Assembly: GCA_001724265.1 (NCBI GenBank)
Contig: MEDY01000171.1
Coordinates: forward strand, 62,001-100,446
Source of the DNA: Rhizaria sp. SCN 62-66
Lineage: Eukaryota
DNA: 38,446 bases
Direction: 5' to 3'
The position numbers were made by a program, and so were the translations under genes. Shown here in pieces: positions 10,982 through 24,000 of this stretch (within the stretch, counting starts at the first letter, position 1; the number at the start of each line of letters is the position of its first letter). A model generated the notes under the pieces. That model saw only the letters and a list, made by a program, of their open reading frames with translations, was not told the DNA's origin and made no database searches.

Positions 10982-12903
10982 ATGCAGTTTGACCCCAACT
11001 CGGGGTATCCCGGGACGTGGACACACCCTGGGGTCACTCAACAAGCGTCCCCTTAGTTCAATCAGCAACACCAGCTCCAGCAGAGTGCCTACAACGCCCA
11101 ACAGTTCCAGCAGCTGTCCCAACAAGTTCCTACCCAGCAGCAATACCTCGTCAACAACCAATATGCTGCGCTGCAACAACATCAACAGCATCTTGCGCTA
11201 CCGCAGAGTCAGTTTTCTCAAGCTCCGAGTGCCTTCACTGGGGCTTCACCACAAGCCCCCCCAGCCTCGCCTCCGAGCACATCAGCGTCCCAACCACCCG
11301 CTGATGACGCCGGCACGGAGCGCATCCTGTATCTGAACCACTTAGCCGCGTCGCTGCGCACGCTGACGCTGTACGCCGGCATCCGCACGCTGCATGGCTT
11401 CCGCCTCAGTCTGCGCACGGCCAACGCCATGCGCGCGCGGCACCGCTCGCTCAACAACCCGACAGCGCCGGCACCGCTGCTGCTTTTCGTGACGCGCCAC
11501 CCGCACGCCGTGGCCGTGCTTGTGCCCGCCTCGCTGCGCCTGCGCTCGCTGCTCGCCTTCGCTGCGCCCTACGTGCAGCTAGGCGGCCGCTCCGTCGCCA
11601 CCTCAGCCGAGGACTGGCGCGTGTACCCGGCGCCGCTGAAACCCGCGCTGCCCGCCGCGGCACTGGACCGCTCGCTGGCCGAGCTCGCGCTGCCCTTTGG
11701 CGCCGTGCTCGACCTGCAGCCCGTGACTGCGCCCGCGGCGGCCGCGCGCACCGCCGCCGTCGCCGCGGGTGAGACGCTGATGCTGCGCTGCGAGCTCCAA
11801 GCACAAAAGGAAGCCTTCAACTTGCTCGCCTCGGCGCGCGCCTCGACCACCCCGACTGCCGTGGGCGAGGCCGTCTCCGTCGTGGCGCGCCGCCAGTACG
11901 CACAGCTCATGCGCCTATACGCCGGTGCCGGCGTCGCCGACCCAGAGCCCGACTCCGCCTCTTACTCCTCCAACAGCGGCGGCGAGGCGGCGGCAGAGCA
12001 GCCCGTCGCGGTGAGCGAGGTGCTGTTGGACCTGTTCCCGTTGCCGCCCGCCGTGGCGGCCGGACTCGATGCCGCCGCTGAAGAGCTTCTCTCTTCAGTC
12101 GCCGCCTGCGCCAGCGGTTTCGCGCCCCCGCTGTGCGTCCGCTGCCCCAAGCAGAAGGCCGTCTCATCGTCCCCGTGTGCCTGCCCCAGCAGCAACGGGA
12201 GCGGGCAGAGCGACGAGTACGACATCATGGAGTACATTTTCGAGACGCACCCCAACCAGGTCGCGGGCGCTAACGCCCACTGCGACCGCTGCGTCAACGG
12301 CCGCCGCCCCACAGCGCTCCTCATCTCGACCGCGCCAGAGCCGTCTCCAGTGTCGGCGTCAACACTAGCCCAAACAACGATGACGCAGACTCAGGCGGCT
12401 GCGCAGGGCAGTCCTCCCGCGCTGCGCACCGGCGCGAGCTAGACTCGTCCCCAGAAGCACAGCCACGGCAACGGCGATAGCAACGGCGACGGCGACTGTA
12501 GCGATGAAGATGAGAGCGAGGACGAGGACGACAGCGAGTTTGACTACTCGACCGACTCGGAGTCTGACTCGGCTGGTTCTCTCGCCACTGTCTCTGCTGC
12601 TGGTGCGCGCCCGCTTGCGCGCTTCAGCGCTCCTGCCAGCGCACAGAGCAGCGCGCACCACTGCCACCACGGTACCTGCGCGCACAGCACAGGTGCGAGC
12701 GTGAGTAAGCAGGCCGCCGCGGGGACCGCGTCAGCTTCCGCGTCAATGTCCGCGGCAACGTCTTCTGGTGCTAAGGGCAGCTTGAACGCCACCAGCGCCA
12801 AAAACGCCCCGTCCCAAGTTGCAAGCACGACTGCCGCCGCCAAATCTGGCGCCAAAGTCGGCAATAAGGCCACGGGCGGTAAGACTGCCACTGCGCCGGC
12901 TGG

Positions 12904-12955
<52 letters not shown>

Positions 12956-15916
12956 ACGGCAGCCGGCAAGCGCGGCGCGAAGCGCGGCGGCCGGGACGCG
13001 GAGAGCGATGAGGAGGACGCGCCATGGATGCACCTGAGCGAGGACGACGACGACAGCGACTTCGACGCGCCGCTCGCGCTAAAGCCCGCCGCTGCACGGA
13101 GCGGCAAGACCGTGACTGCCGCCAAGGACTCGCCCCAGACGGCGGCGGCGCGCGCGAAAGCGCAGCAACTGCTGCAATCCAAGAAACCGACTACCGCGGC
13201 GAGTGATGCGTCGACGAACAAGTCGCACAAAGATGTATCTGCCAAGAAGACGACATCTGCGGCGACTGCGTCCTCGCCGTCCCTCTCAGCGACCGCCGCG
13301 GGCGACTGTGCGGGCAAACGCGGCGCGAAGGACAAGGACAAGGTTTCGGTGTGCGCCAAGTCCTCCGTCTCTGCGGCCGAGTCCGAGCTCGATCCCGACG
13401 CGGCGGCGGCTGGTCCGCTGCCGGAGCACGTGCGGCCGACGCAGTTCTGTGACCCGCTGTCTGCGCCGCCGTACCTGGGCCCCACGGCCGCGCACCTGGC
13501 CAAGGCGCGCGCGAGCGAGCGCTGCGAGTGGTTCGAGACGTGCCAGCACTACGGCTGTCCCTCGCTGCACGGGCCGCGTCGCCGCCGCGACTGTCCACAG
13601 GGCCTGGCGTGCGCGCACCGGCCCAAGTTCCCCGCCTTCGCCAACGCGCACCTGCTCTGGGGGCACAACTACGGCATCACCGCGGCGGCCGCGCAGGCGC
13701 CCGCTGCCGAGGCCGTTGGACGCCCGGCACCAGAGTCAATGCCGGCACCTGTCAAGGCCGAGAGCAAGGCCGATGTGCCTGAGCCGGAGCCTGTGCCTGC
13801 GGTGTCACCTCCCCCAGCGCCGCGCACGATGGCAGACATGCTCCGCGGTGCGCTCCGGGCCGTCAGTGCCACCGCGCAGGCCAGTGCCAGTGCAGCACAG
13901 TCGATCCCGGCCCCCGCGCCGTGGGTCCAGCAGCAGCAGCAGCAGGAGAGCGAAGGCCGTCCTAGCCCTCTCGCGCCCGAGTCTCCGCCCGCGGTCGCGG
14001 TCGCTTCCGCAGTCGCGTCTCCAGTCGTGCCCGCTGCCCCGCCCGCTGCCGCGCCTGCGGTGGCGTCGGCGTCGGCGTCGGCGTCGGCGTCAGCGTCGGC
14101 GTCAGCGTCGGCGCAGGCGAGTCTGAGCGACGCGCAGTGCGAGGGTGCGGCCGGCTCCGAAGGCGAAGGCGAGGACTGCGAGGGCGAGGACGCGGGGGAC
14201 CACGACGACGGCGTGTGCCGTCTGCTACACCCCGACGACTACGCGCGCCTGATGCGCCGCATCGCGTGCGCGCAGCGCGGCCGCTGCCGCCGCTGGGACT
14301 GCTACTTCCGCCACCCACTCGCGCGCCCGCAGCCCAAGGTCCCGACCGAGATGCGCACCCACTACCACGACTGGTTTGCGCCCATCGAGGCCGCGGCTGA
14401 CGCGCGCGGCGGAGACCTCGACGCCCACGCTGACGCCCACGCTGATGCGCTCTTCGATGACGAAGACTGTGACGACGGCTTTGAGCGCAGCGACTCGGAC
14501 TGCTCCGACTCCGAGGCTGGCGTAGCCACTGCCGCGGCCCGCGATAAGCTCGGCTTCGATGGCAAGCGTGGCCCGCGCGCGTCCATTGTGTCGAATGCGT
14601 CCTCTGGGTCGGCGCCAGGCGCTACAGCTCTGGTTGCGACTGCGGGCGGCAAGAAGGCCGCTCCCCGCGGGTCCGCGATGTCGCAGCTGGCCATTCAGTA
14701 CGCGCTTGAAAACGTCTTCAACGGCGGCGGCGCCGGCGGTGGTCCGGCCGTGGCGTCGACCGGCAGCTCCACTGTCGACGACAGCGGCGACGCCGCCTCC
14801 AACGCCAGCGCACACAAGAAGCCTCCGAAGCGGGGCGACACCAAGCTTGCTAAAACGAGCGCGCCGGGCCCTGGAGCCGCGGCCGCATCGACCCACCCCA
14901 AGCCTGTCGCCGAGCTCTCGACCGCTTCTGCCGGTGCTGCCGGCGCGGTTCCGGGTGCACCTCTGCGCTCGTCGACGTTCCCCACCGCTGACCCGCAGAC
15001 TGCGGCCGCGGCAGCCGAGCAGCGCGCGCTCGCCAAGGCCGCGCGCGCGGCGGACAAGGCGGCGGCCAAGGCGCTTAAGAAGGAATCGGCGATAAGCAAA
15101 ATTGCATCTCCCGTCGCTGCCGAGACTTCTGACGCGCTCCTCGCCGCCGCCGCTGCCGCAGACTCAACCACTGCTGTAGCGACAAATGCCGCTAGTGTTG
15201 GCATGGTCACAGACTTCTTTACGCCTGAGCAGCTGACGACGGCCTCTGCGTACGGCTCGCTGTTCGCGTCCGCTGACATGTGGCCCGAGATCGGCCACGA
15301 CGGCGCGGTTGTGAACGCCGCCGGACTCGGTAGTCTGCACTCGTACGCGGGCTCGACCGTGCATTCGCCCTCGGCCGCCGCGGCTGTCATCGGTGCCGCG
15401 CCTGGCGGCGAGACCGGCCACGCGGCGCTGCTGCGCGCGAACCTCTTTGCCAGCGCTGGCGCCACTGGCAGCGGCAGCGGTGCGGTCGGCGCGCGCGGGG
15501 GCTCCGTGTCGCTGTCATCGGGCTCCCTTTCGCGCACCAACACGGCGACGACGTTGCTGGGCACCGAGACGGACTCGCTGCTCTCCAACGCGTACCCGCA
15601 GGGTCACGCGCTCGGGCACCAGCACGCCCTCGCTCACGGCCACGGCCACGGCCAGCACGGGCTTTCGCAAGGTCACGGGCCTGGACATGGGCATAGCAGC
15701 GTCGGCGCGCTCGGGCTCCACGGGGCGTACTCGCACCCGCACTCGCACACGCTCTCTCCCTCCGCGGCGGGCGCGGCCGCGATCAGCTCGCTGTCGGTGA
15801 GTAATATCATGCTCTCTAGCACCAGTGGCACCGGCACCGGCAGCGGTGCGGGCAGCGCGACGGGCACGCCCAATGTTGGGCCCTACGACAAGACCATGCT
15901 CTCCACGTTTTACCTC

Positions 15917-15993
<77 letters not shown>

Positions 15994-16114
15994 GCAGCAA
16001 CAACAGCATCACTTGTTGCATCAGCAAGCGCTGCAGCAACAGCAGCAAGCGTTGCAACAGCAACTGCAGCAGCAACAGCAACAACAATATGTGCAGCAGA
16101 AGCAGCTTCAACAA

Positions 16115-16171
<57 letters not shown>

Positions 16172-17152
16172 CAACAACTACAACTACAACAACTACTACA
16201 ACAACACCAACAACAACACCAACAACAACACCAACAACAACACCACCACCGCCAACAACAACACCAACAACAACACAACTGGCTCGAAATGTTGCAGCAA
16301 CAGCAGCAGCAGCAGCAGCAGCAGCAACATCAACAGCAACAATCCCCGACTCAAATTTCACTTGAGCAGTTGCAGAAGATGTACCCTAACTCCAGTATGC
16401 AGCAGCTTTTAATGCTTCAGGAGCAGCTCAACTTGCAGTCCCAGCTACAGAACACACTTGCGCTACAGAAGCAACAGCAGCATCAGCAGAATCAACAGCA
16501 GCAGCAGAAGCAGTTCCAAAATACGAACAATGCGCAGTCCTTCGTGCGCACGTCACAGGAGCAGCAGCTGCAACTTCTGATTCTGCAGGCTCAGGCGCAG
16601 GCGCAGGCTCAGGCTCAAGCTCAGGTTCAGGTCCAAAAACAGCAGCAGCAGCAGCAGCAGCAGTCGTCCGTGGACCTGAGTTACCTGGCCAACTCCATGG
16701 CCGCTCTCCAGAGCGCGGCTGCGCGGCATCAAAGCGCTGCGGCGCTGCAAAATCTTCAGGGCACCGGCTACGGCAATCTCGCTGCGCTGCAGTACCAATC
16801 TAATCCTGCCGCCGCTGCGGCGCAGCTTGGCTACGCGAATCCTGCCTCGTACACGGGCGCGCCGCTGGTCACTGCCGCTGGCGCGGGGGGCCCCCACAGT
16901 AACATCTCTGTGGCGGCTGCGGCCGCCGCTGCCGCTGCGGCGGCGATGGCGATGAGCAACAACCAGCTGCAACAGCAGAAGCAGCAACAGCAACAGCAAC
17001 AGCAGCAACAACAACAGCAGCAGCAACAGCAGCAGCAGCAGCAGCAGTATCAGCTTCAGCAACAGTACATTGCGCTGCAGCAGCTGCAACAACAACAGCA
17101 ACAACAACAGCAACAACAACAGACGCAACAACAACAGTTTTTCGGCTGGTAA
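10982..17152 (+). CDS. CCCH zinc-finger protein (paralogue A) with a putative ubiquitin-like domain and polyQ C-terminus, ~2056 aa, containing two in-frame TAG codons (11054, 12440)
   Basis: ATG 10982 (MQFDPNSGYPGTW...) is in frame with ORFs 11429-12442 and 12701-17152; only the two TAGs interrupt it. Fingers CEWFETCQHYGCPSLH and CAQRGRCRRWDCYFRH (C-x5-C-x4-C-x3-H). Ends QQQQFFGW-TAA. Confidence 0.82.
12905..12952 (+). repeat. (GCT)16 perfect trinucleotide repeat encoding poly-Ala
   Basis: Read directly from the sequence. Confidence 0.95.
15920..17137 (+). repeat. Multiple CAG/CAA polyglutamine tracts (densest at 15920-16342 and 16971-17137)
   Basis: Read directly from the sequence; in frame with paralogue A. 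Confidence 0.95.
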
Positions 17153-18493
17153 ATTTGTATGGTGTCCAAAGCAGTTGTGTTAGGGTGCGGACTTGATTGC
17201 GGACTTGACGTTGATGGTGCTGATCTCACGAGGACTGATAATGCTACTCCCAGTTCTTTAAAGGACTCGATCCTAGTCTGTTTCTTCTTTTTAGTTTCAG
17301 TATTCTTCTTGGATTATTGGTGTTTCTCACTTTTGTTTCTAAAGCTACTGAGATTAGTATTGTTCTCACTCAGGTGTTGCTCCAACTTTTGCTTTCAATA
17401 TGGTTCACTATATTGAGACTCTCGCTATATTACGTTTTTTTGTCAACTTTTCTGTGTTATACTATTTTAATAGTACGTCTTATCTGTCATTGATTCAATT
17501 TGTATCCGTGTGCTTTGCTTGTCTTCCAATGTTTTAGGATTAGTGTGAAGATGTGAATATACGTTTGTGTGAGCGTGTTTGTGTGCGTCCGAGTGTGATT
17601 GTGTGCGAGCCGTTCGAGTTGATTGCATCATTACGCCTGCATCACTGCGGTCAAAGGTCTCCTTCACTCCACACACGCACACTTTGCACACCACGTTATC
17701 TTTCCGTGCCTTGTTACCTGTGCATGATGTACGTTTGTGATGGGCACAGTCACAGTCATTTCTCCGCCTGTTTAATCCCTGATGAGGCTACGCGCCCGCC
17801 CAGCGTCGCACACCGAGCCGAGCCCTCGCGCCCACGGTCGTTCCAGCGACTGCGAGTATGTCTGAGCGACTCTTGTGTTGCGCGGCCTGGGCCGTGTGCA
17901 AACCTTGCGGTTCAGCAGCTTAGTTGGAGAAAATTGTCTCTTTTGCATTTGTATGCCATTCTATCGCATACGCCCCCTCGCAAATGGTTTTGCCGACATG
18001 CTTTTTGCGTCCGCGTGCACATTTTTTCGATTCCGTGCTTCATGCGACTTACAAAAGTGTTTATTTGGTGTTTGCCAGGCCCAAGATTATTTCATTTTCA
18101 TTGTTTCTTTTTATCATTGTGTATTTTGATGTAGCATTTCTATTGCCCGTTTTGTCTGTTCTCTCCCTCTGCCTTCGACTTCCCATCGCAAGCTCTTCCC
18201 GTGCATCGTCTGCTAATGCAGTGCGTCAGGCCACACGTGTTCTTGTGACGCTGTGGCCACGGTGACAGCTAGTTCGGCGTTGTATCGTGTTTCTGCACAA
18301 TTTGTATGTCAATCTGGTAGTAAACACGCATCTCTTAGCTCTAACAATGTAACACAAACGGACTACTTGGAAACGATGACGTGTATTCTTCTTGTCGCTT
18401 CCCATAATGTTCGCAACTTAACATTCGGTCAATACATGATTACAACTCTATTTCAAAACGCCTCTTACGCGCGCACAGTGTAGTGCTGTGCGC

Positions 18494-19252
18494 TCATGCC
18501 CTGCGCGCGCGCACACCGTTGTCGGTGTCCAGCTCCACGCGCTCAGAGTCGGGCTCCTTCTCTGCGCCATGATGCTCCTCAGCATCGGCATTCGTCGCAG
18601 CTTCCGCGTCGACCGTGACCTCAGGCGCGGCCTTAGGCGCGACGTCACACTTAGAAAGAGCAGCCTCTGGCGTGGACTGCGACTTAGCCGCAACAGGGGC
18701 CGTGCTCTTGGTTGCAGTCGGCGCCGTGACAGCCGCCTCATCGTCGTCGTCCTCGTCTTCGTCCTCGTCTTCGTCCGCATCTTCATCTTCGTCCTCGTCC
18801 TCGTCATCGGCAGCGGCGGCCTTAGCGGCGGCGGCGCGCTGCTGCTCCTCAAAGGCGTTAGACGCATCCAGGATGTCGTCCTTGTATCTAAACGCACAGC
18901 AATAACACAAGAATCACACAAACAGAAAAGAAGACGACACAAGGGTTGATATGTATCATGTAAGGCGGATATCATGTGGTTGTACAACACATAAATTGTG
19001 ATAGTATGCATCTTGGCGCGCGTGACTGACGTACTTGTTGATGAGGAAGGCGAGTGTGGTGGTAAGACCAAGCAGGATATAGATGTGGATGGAGCCATTG
19101 TTGAGGTACGCAGCAATCACCGCAGTAGTCAGCAGCGCAACAAAGACGTAGTTAAGTGCCTGGAAGCTTTGCGGGCGCACGCCGGGGTTAAATGCATCAG
19201 AGACGATGGCCTCCGCGAAAGAGACCTCGTTAGCGGGCTTCCTGGTTGCCAT
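18494..19252 (-). CDS. PKR1: Pkr1-like ER membrane protein (V-ATPase assembly factor family); exons 19252-19035 and 18887-18494, ~203 aa
   Basis: N-terminus SFAEAIVSDAFNPGVRPQ, TM1, NGSIHIYILL, TM2 resembles the Pkr1 pattern (S-IF-PG...SIHF), followed by an acidic tail. Ends in TGA. Confidence 0.72.
18888..19034 (-). other. Spliceosomal intron (147 nt, phase 2) in the PKR1-like gene
   Basis: Minus strand GTACGT...GCGTTTAG; joins LINK|YKDDILD in frame. Confidence 0.85.
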
Positions 19253-19774
19253 CTCACGTAGTTTAATGTGTTGCAGACAATTTGTGCGGTTTGAGAAAAG
19301 ACGGTGGGTGCGCTACATATCAATACGTAAAGGTACACAGCATGCGATGTTAGCTCGCTCTAATTACATCATCATATGTCGAGCCGAGACACGTTTGAGG
19401 TGCAATCAATGCATCTTTGGAGCTCGGACTTACGCGAATTTCGTCGTGCCAGAAAGAGCATGAAATCGCATACGTAAGCGCTAAAATGTATGGATATGAC
19501 ATAAAATAGCAATATAAAAACAGAGTATAACACACAGCTAGGCTGACGATCGATAAGACTCAGCTGAATGTTGATTGCTTGACGCAGTTCCTCGCCCTTC
19601 CAGACGTTCATTCTTCGTGATACTCGAGTAACATGGTAACTCTAAGAAAGACAATCTCAGATCGATAGAAACAATGAATGTTTGAAATGAGTAAATAAAA
19701 TGATATCCGTTTTTATAGTAACTATTTAAGAACTAAGTAACCCAACAACCACTGATCTTGATAAGAAAAAGCGT

Positions 19775-20200
19775 TTAATTGTTGTCGTTGTCCTTGCTGG
19801 CGGAGTCCTGCGAAGAGAAGTTAGTCATGCCCATGTTGGCGCCCATGCCCATGCTATTCATGCCCATATTATTCATGCCCATGCTGCCCATGCCCATGCC
19901 GCCCATGCCCATGCCCATGCCGCCCATGCCCATACCACCCATGCCCATGCCCATGCCGCTCATGCCTATGTTGTTGTTCATGCCCTGCTGCTGCATCTGC
20001 TGAAACTGCTGCTGCGCCATGAGCTGCATGTAGTACATCTGTTGCTGGTATTGCTGCTGCTGTTGCTGCATCATGAAGTTGAACATCGCCGTCGCGTCGG
20101 CCGAGCCCGCGTTGGCGCCCTCACCCGAGCCAGACCCGTCGCCGGAGGCGGCCTGCTGGGCGGCCAGCTGCTGCTGCATCATGAGCATCTGCTGATGTAA

Positions 20201-20231
<31 letters not shown>

Positions 20232-21004
20232 ATGTAGTTGAACAGCGAAGAGGGATCCGTCGTCGCCGCGCCCACGCCCGCGCCCATGCCCATGCCGCCC
20301 ATGCTGGAGTAGCCCATCGCGCCGCCGCTGCTAGACGCTGAGGGCGAGGTCATTGCGCCAGCGCCCGCGGAGGAGCCGCTGCCCGAGGCGTTGCCGTTGG
20401 CGTCCGCAGCGCCCGGGGCCGAGTCATGCGAGGGCGCGTTGCTGAGGCCGAGGCCCATGCCGCCACCCATGCCCATGCCCGCGGAACCCATGCCCATGCC
20501 CAGGCCCACGCCCATGCTGGCGCCGCCGAGGCCGAGGCCGCTAGCGCCGCCGAGCCCGCCCATACCGTCCAGCGCGCTCGAGGCGCCAAGGCCGCCCATG
20601 CCGAGGCCGGAAGACGAGGAGCCCAGCCCGCCGCCCATGCCGAGGCCGCTGGACGCACCGAGGCCGCCCATGCCGCCGCTGCCGCCCATGCCGCCGCTGC
20701 CGCCGAGGCCGCTCGCGGGGGAGCCCAGAGCGCCCATACCCCCGAGGCCGGAGGACGCACCGAGCCCGCCGCCGGAGCCAGAGGCGGGCGCGCTGGTGAG
20801 GCCGACGCTCATGCCAGAGGACCCCAGGCCCATGCCCATGCCGCCGGCGCCGCCGAGCCCGCTGCTGCCGCCGCCGAGGCCGCCCATGCCGCCCAGGCCG
20901 CCGCCCATGCCGCTGAGGCCGCCGGGGGCGTTGGAGGTCGAGTCTTGCGATGATGCGTTGCCGAGGCCGAGACTGGGAGGGGAGCCGAGGCCGCCCATGC
21001 CCAG

Positions 21005-21035
<31 letters not shown>

Positions 21036-24000
21036 CTGCCCAGACCGCCGGCGGCGCCACCGAGGCCGCCCGCGCCGCTGAGGCCGAGCCCGCTGGCGCC
21101 GCCGAGGCCGCCGGCGCTGCTGAGGCCGCCCATGCCCATGCCCATGCCGCCGAGCGCGCCGAACCCCGCGGGCGCGCCGGGCAACGTCTGCAGAGATAGC
21201 GCGCCCAGGCCTAACCCCACGGTCATTCCCAGCCCTGACGGCGAGTCCTGTGGGACGGAGAAGCCCAGCGGAGGCGCGCGCGCGGCCGGCGTCGCGGTCG
21301 TCGTCGCCGCCGCGGCGGGCGAGAGCGCGCTGGCGTCGCCGCCACCGTTGCTGTTGCTGTTGAGGGGCGCGGGCGTGACGTCGTGCATGTCGAGCACGAG
21401 AGGTGTGGAGCCCCACCGTGCGCTGTAGTCGTCCGCGCCGCCCGCGCCCGGGATCGGCGACGCCACAGCCGCCGCCGCCGCCGCCGCCGCGGAAAAGGCC
21501 TTGCCGACGGGCGGCTTCCCGGCCGCCGCGCCGTTTGCGCTCGCGGCGGCCTTGGAAGTCTCCGCACTCTTGGCCGCGGTGGCGGAGGCGGCGGCGGCCT
21601 TGATGCGCTCGTTGCGCGCGGTGATACGCGCCAACTCCTCGCGCTGGCGCTCCTGGCGGCGCAGCGAGTCGGCAATGTACTCGTCGCGCATCGTCGCGTA
21701 GTCGCCCGCAGACAGCCCCAGGCCCTCGAGCGACGCGATCGCCTCCCGCGCCTCGTCGTCCAGGTCCTCCTCGGCAGCAGCCGCCGCGGCCGCAGCAGCG
21801 GGGGAGGCGACAGCGGCGGTAGCGGCGGCGGCAGAGCCGTTCTTACCCGCGGCGGCGGCGGCCTTGCCCTGCGCAGCGCCAGCGGCGGCGGACTTGTTGG
21901 CGGCGCGCTGCGCGTTGACGGCGGCGAGCGCGGCGGCGGCGCTGACGGGCGCGGCCGCGGCGGCGGTGCGGTGGCCCTCGATGACGGCCTCGTCGTCGCT
22001 GTCGCTGGCCGGGGCCGGGGCCGGCGCGGCGGGCTTGGGCGCGGGCGGCGGTACGCGCACCTTGACGCCGCCGCGTCCGGGCGCGAAGATGCGGTTGTAG
22101 TACTCCTCGAAGCCCGCCGGGACCGTGGGTGGCGTGCGCGGCGCGGTGTGCTTGAAGTAGCAGTCCCACTTGGTGCAGTTGGGGCCCGTGCGGCAGTCGA
22201 TGCCGCGCATGCACTCCAGGAAGCTGTTCGGGTGCACCATCTTGCACGTCGACATCTGTTGTGCACAACAACACGACAAAAAAAAAAAAACAATTAAAAA
22301 AAGCGGTGGCAAAATGAATGGTAATGTGTGAGCGGCAATTGGGGAATAATCGAGCAAAATAAAAACACAGTCACCGAGTCAAGAACATTACAAAAAGCGT
22401 ATTCGGCAATGAATTTAGATGCTTCCCAACGTACATTGAAGCAGTTGGCGCCCTGGGGGCAGTCGCGCGGGCGGCGCTCGGAGTGGATGGCGGGGCAGCG
22501 GTAGTGCTTGCACATGTCCGGGTAGTCGCACTTGTCGTGGAGCGTAAAGCGCGCCAGGTGCGCGTCGGTGGGCCCGCGGTGGCCGGGGAACGACATCGGG
22601 TCATGCGAACCCTTGGCGGTGAAGTTGGCATCGCCGGGGTGCAGGCCGGGCGTCGAGGACCACTTGGCGGCCTCCTTCTTCGCACCCGCGCCAGCGCCCG
22701 CGCCAGCCTTGCCCAGCTGCTGCTTCGCACCCGCGGTCGCATTGTTGTTGCTGCTGCTGTTGCTGCTGCTGTTGCTGTCGGCCGCGTTCACGGCGTCCGC
22801 GCCGTAGGCGATGCCGAACTTTTGCGAGAATTTCTCGCGCGTGATGCGCGCAATAGTTTCCTTGTCCGTCATGGCGCCCGCGGCGGGGGCCTTGCCGGGC
22901 GTGGCCATGAGCTGGCGGTACGCCGCGAGCGTCACCTCCTCGGCGGCCGAGGGGAAGAGCTCGATGATGTCGAACTGCTCGAGCGCCGTCGCGGTCAGCT
23001 TCACCGACAAGGGCGCCAGCACCACGCCCGTGCGCGCGATCTTGGCCGTGTAGTTGTGCACGTGCGCACGCGGCGCGAAGAAGCCGGCCTGCTTGGCGAG
23101 CGCAAACACGTCGTCGAGCGAGGAGCTGGCGCGGACAAACACGCCCATCATGAAGAGGTCGAAGCGCAGGTATAGCGCCAGCCCCTGCAGAGTCAGCCCC
23201 TGCGACTGCAGCATCAGCGCAGCGCGGCGCTTCCATTCGCCGGGCTGCGCCGCGACCTTGGCCTCGACCGTGGCCGCGGCCAGCAGCATCGGTGCGCTAC
23301 CGCCGCCCATGGCCGTGTCGCTGCGGAAGCCCGCGGCGGAGGCGCGCGAGCGCAGCTCGTTCGTCGTCACGGTCGCCTCGAGCTCGTTGTAGGCGTTAGA
23401 GATGCGCAGCACCTGGTTCGCGGTCGACGCAGACAGAGCCGACGCAAACGCCGCGGGCTTCGCGGCGGCGGAGCTAGCACCGGCGCCGGCGGCAGCGCCT
23501 GCAGCAGCGGAATTGTTATTGTTATTGTTATTGTTATTGCTATTGTTGTTGCTGTTGTTGTTGTTGTTGTTGTTGTTGTTTGCGGGCGCGTAGGAGCCGG
23601 ACCAAATGGCAGTCCTCTCGCGCTTGTGCATGCCCTTAGGATCGTGGATGCGACCGCAGCCGTTGACGGGGCACTCGGGGTTCCAGCACGTGAGCGGGCG
23701 GCGCTGCGGGTGTCCGTAGACGCAGTTGTACGAGATGCAGTCCGCGCCGAACTTGCACGTGCCCACGTCGGTCGACACGCAGCGCGTAGGGCCCAGCCCC
23801 GGCAGGTGGATGCCGCGGCACATCGGCTCCGAGCACACCTTTGGTGGGACCAGGCCGCTGGTGGGGCACAGCGAGCGGCGCGTGAGCGGGTGCGCGTTGG
23901 GGCAAAAATAGGCGATGCACTGCTGGCCGTTGGCACACTGCGTCTTGTTGGTCAGCTGACCACCAACGGGAATGGAGCCCGCGGCCATGGCGCGGAGATT

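Noticed and set aside
17153-18493. ORFs between paralogue A and the PKR1-like gene
   Set aside because: T-rich, low-complexity sequence consistent with convergent 3' UTRs.
19825-21150. CRISPR-like or mobile-element repeat array
   Set aside because: The repeats are in-frame codon repeats (Gly-Met, Gly-Gly-Leu) with no repeat-spacer structure; no transposase or reverse transcriptase motifs were seen in the window.
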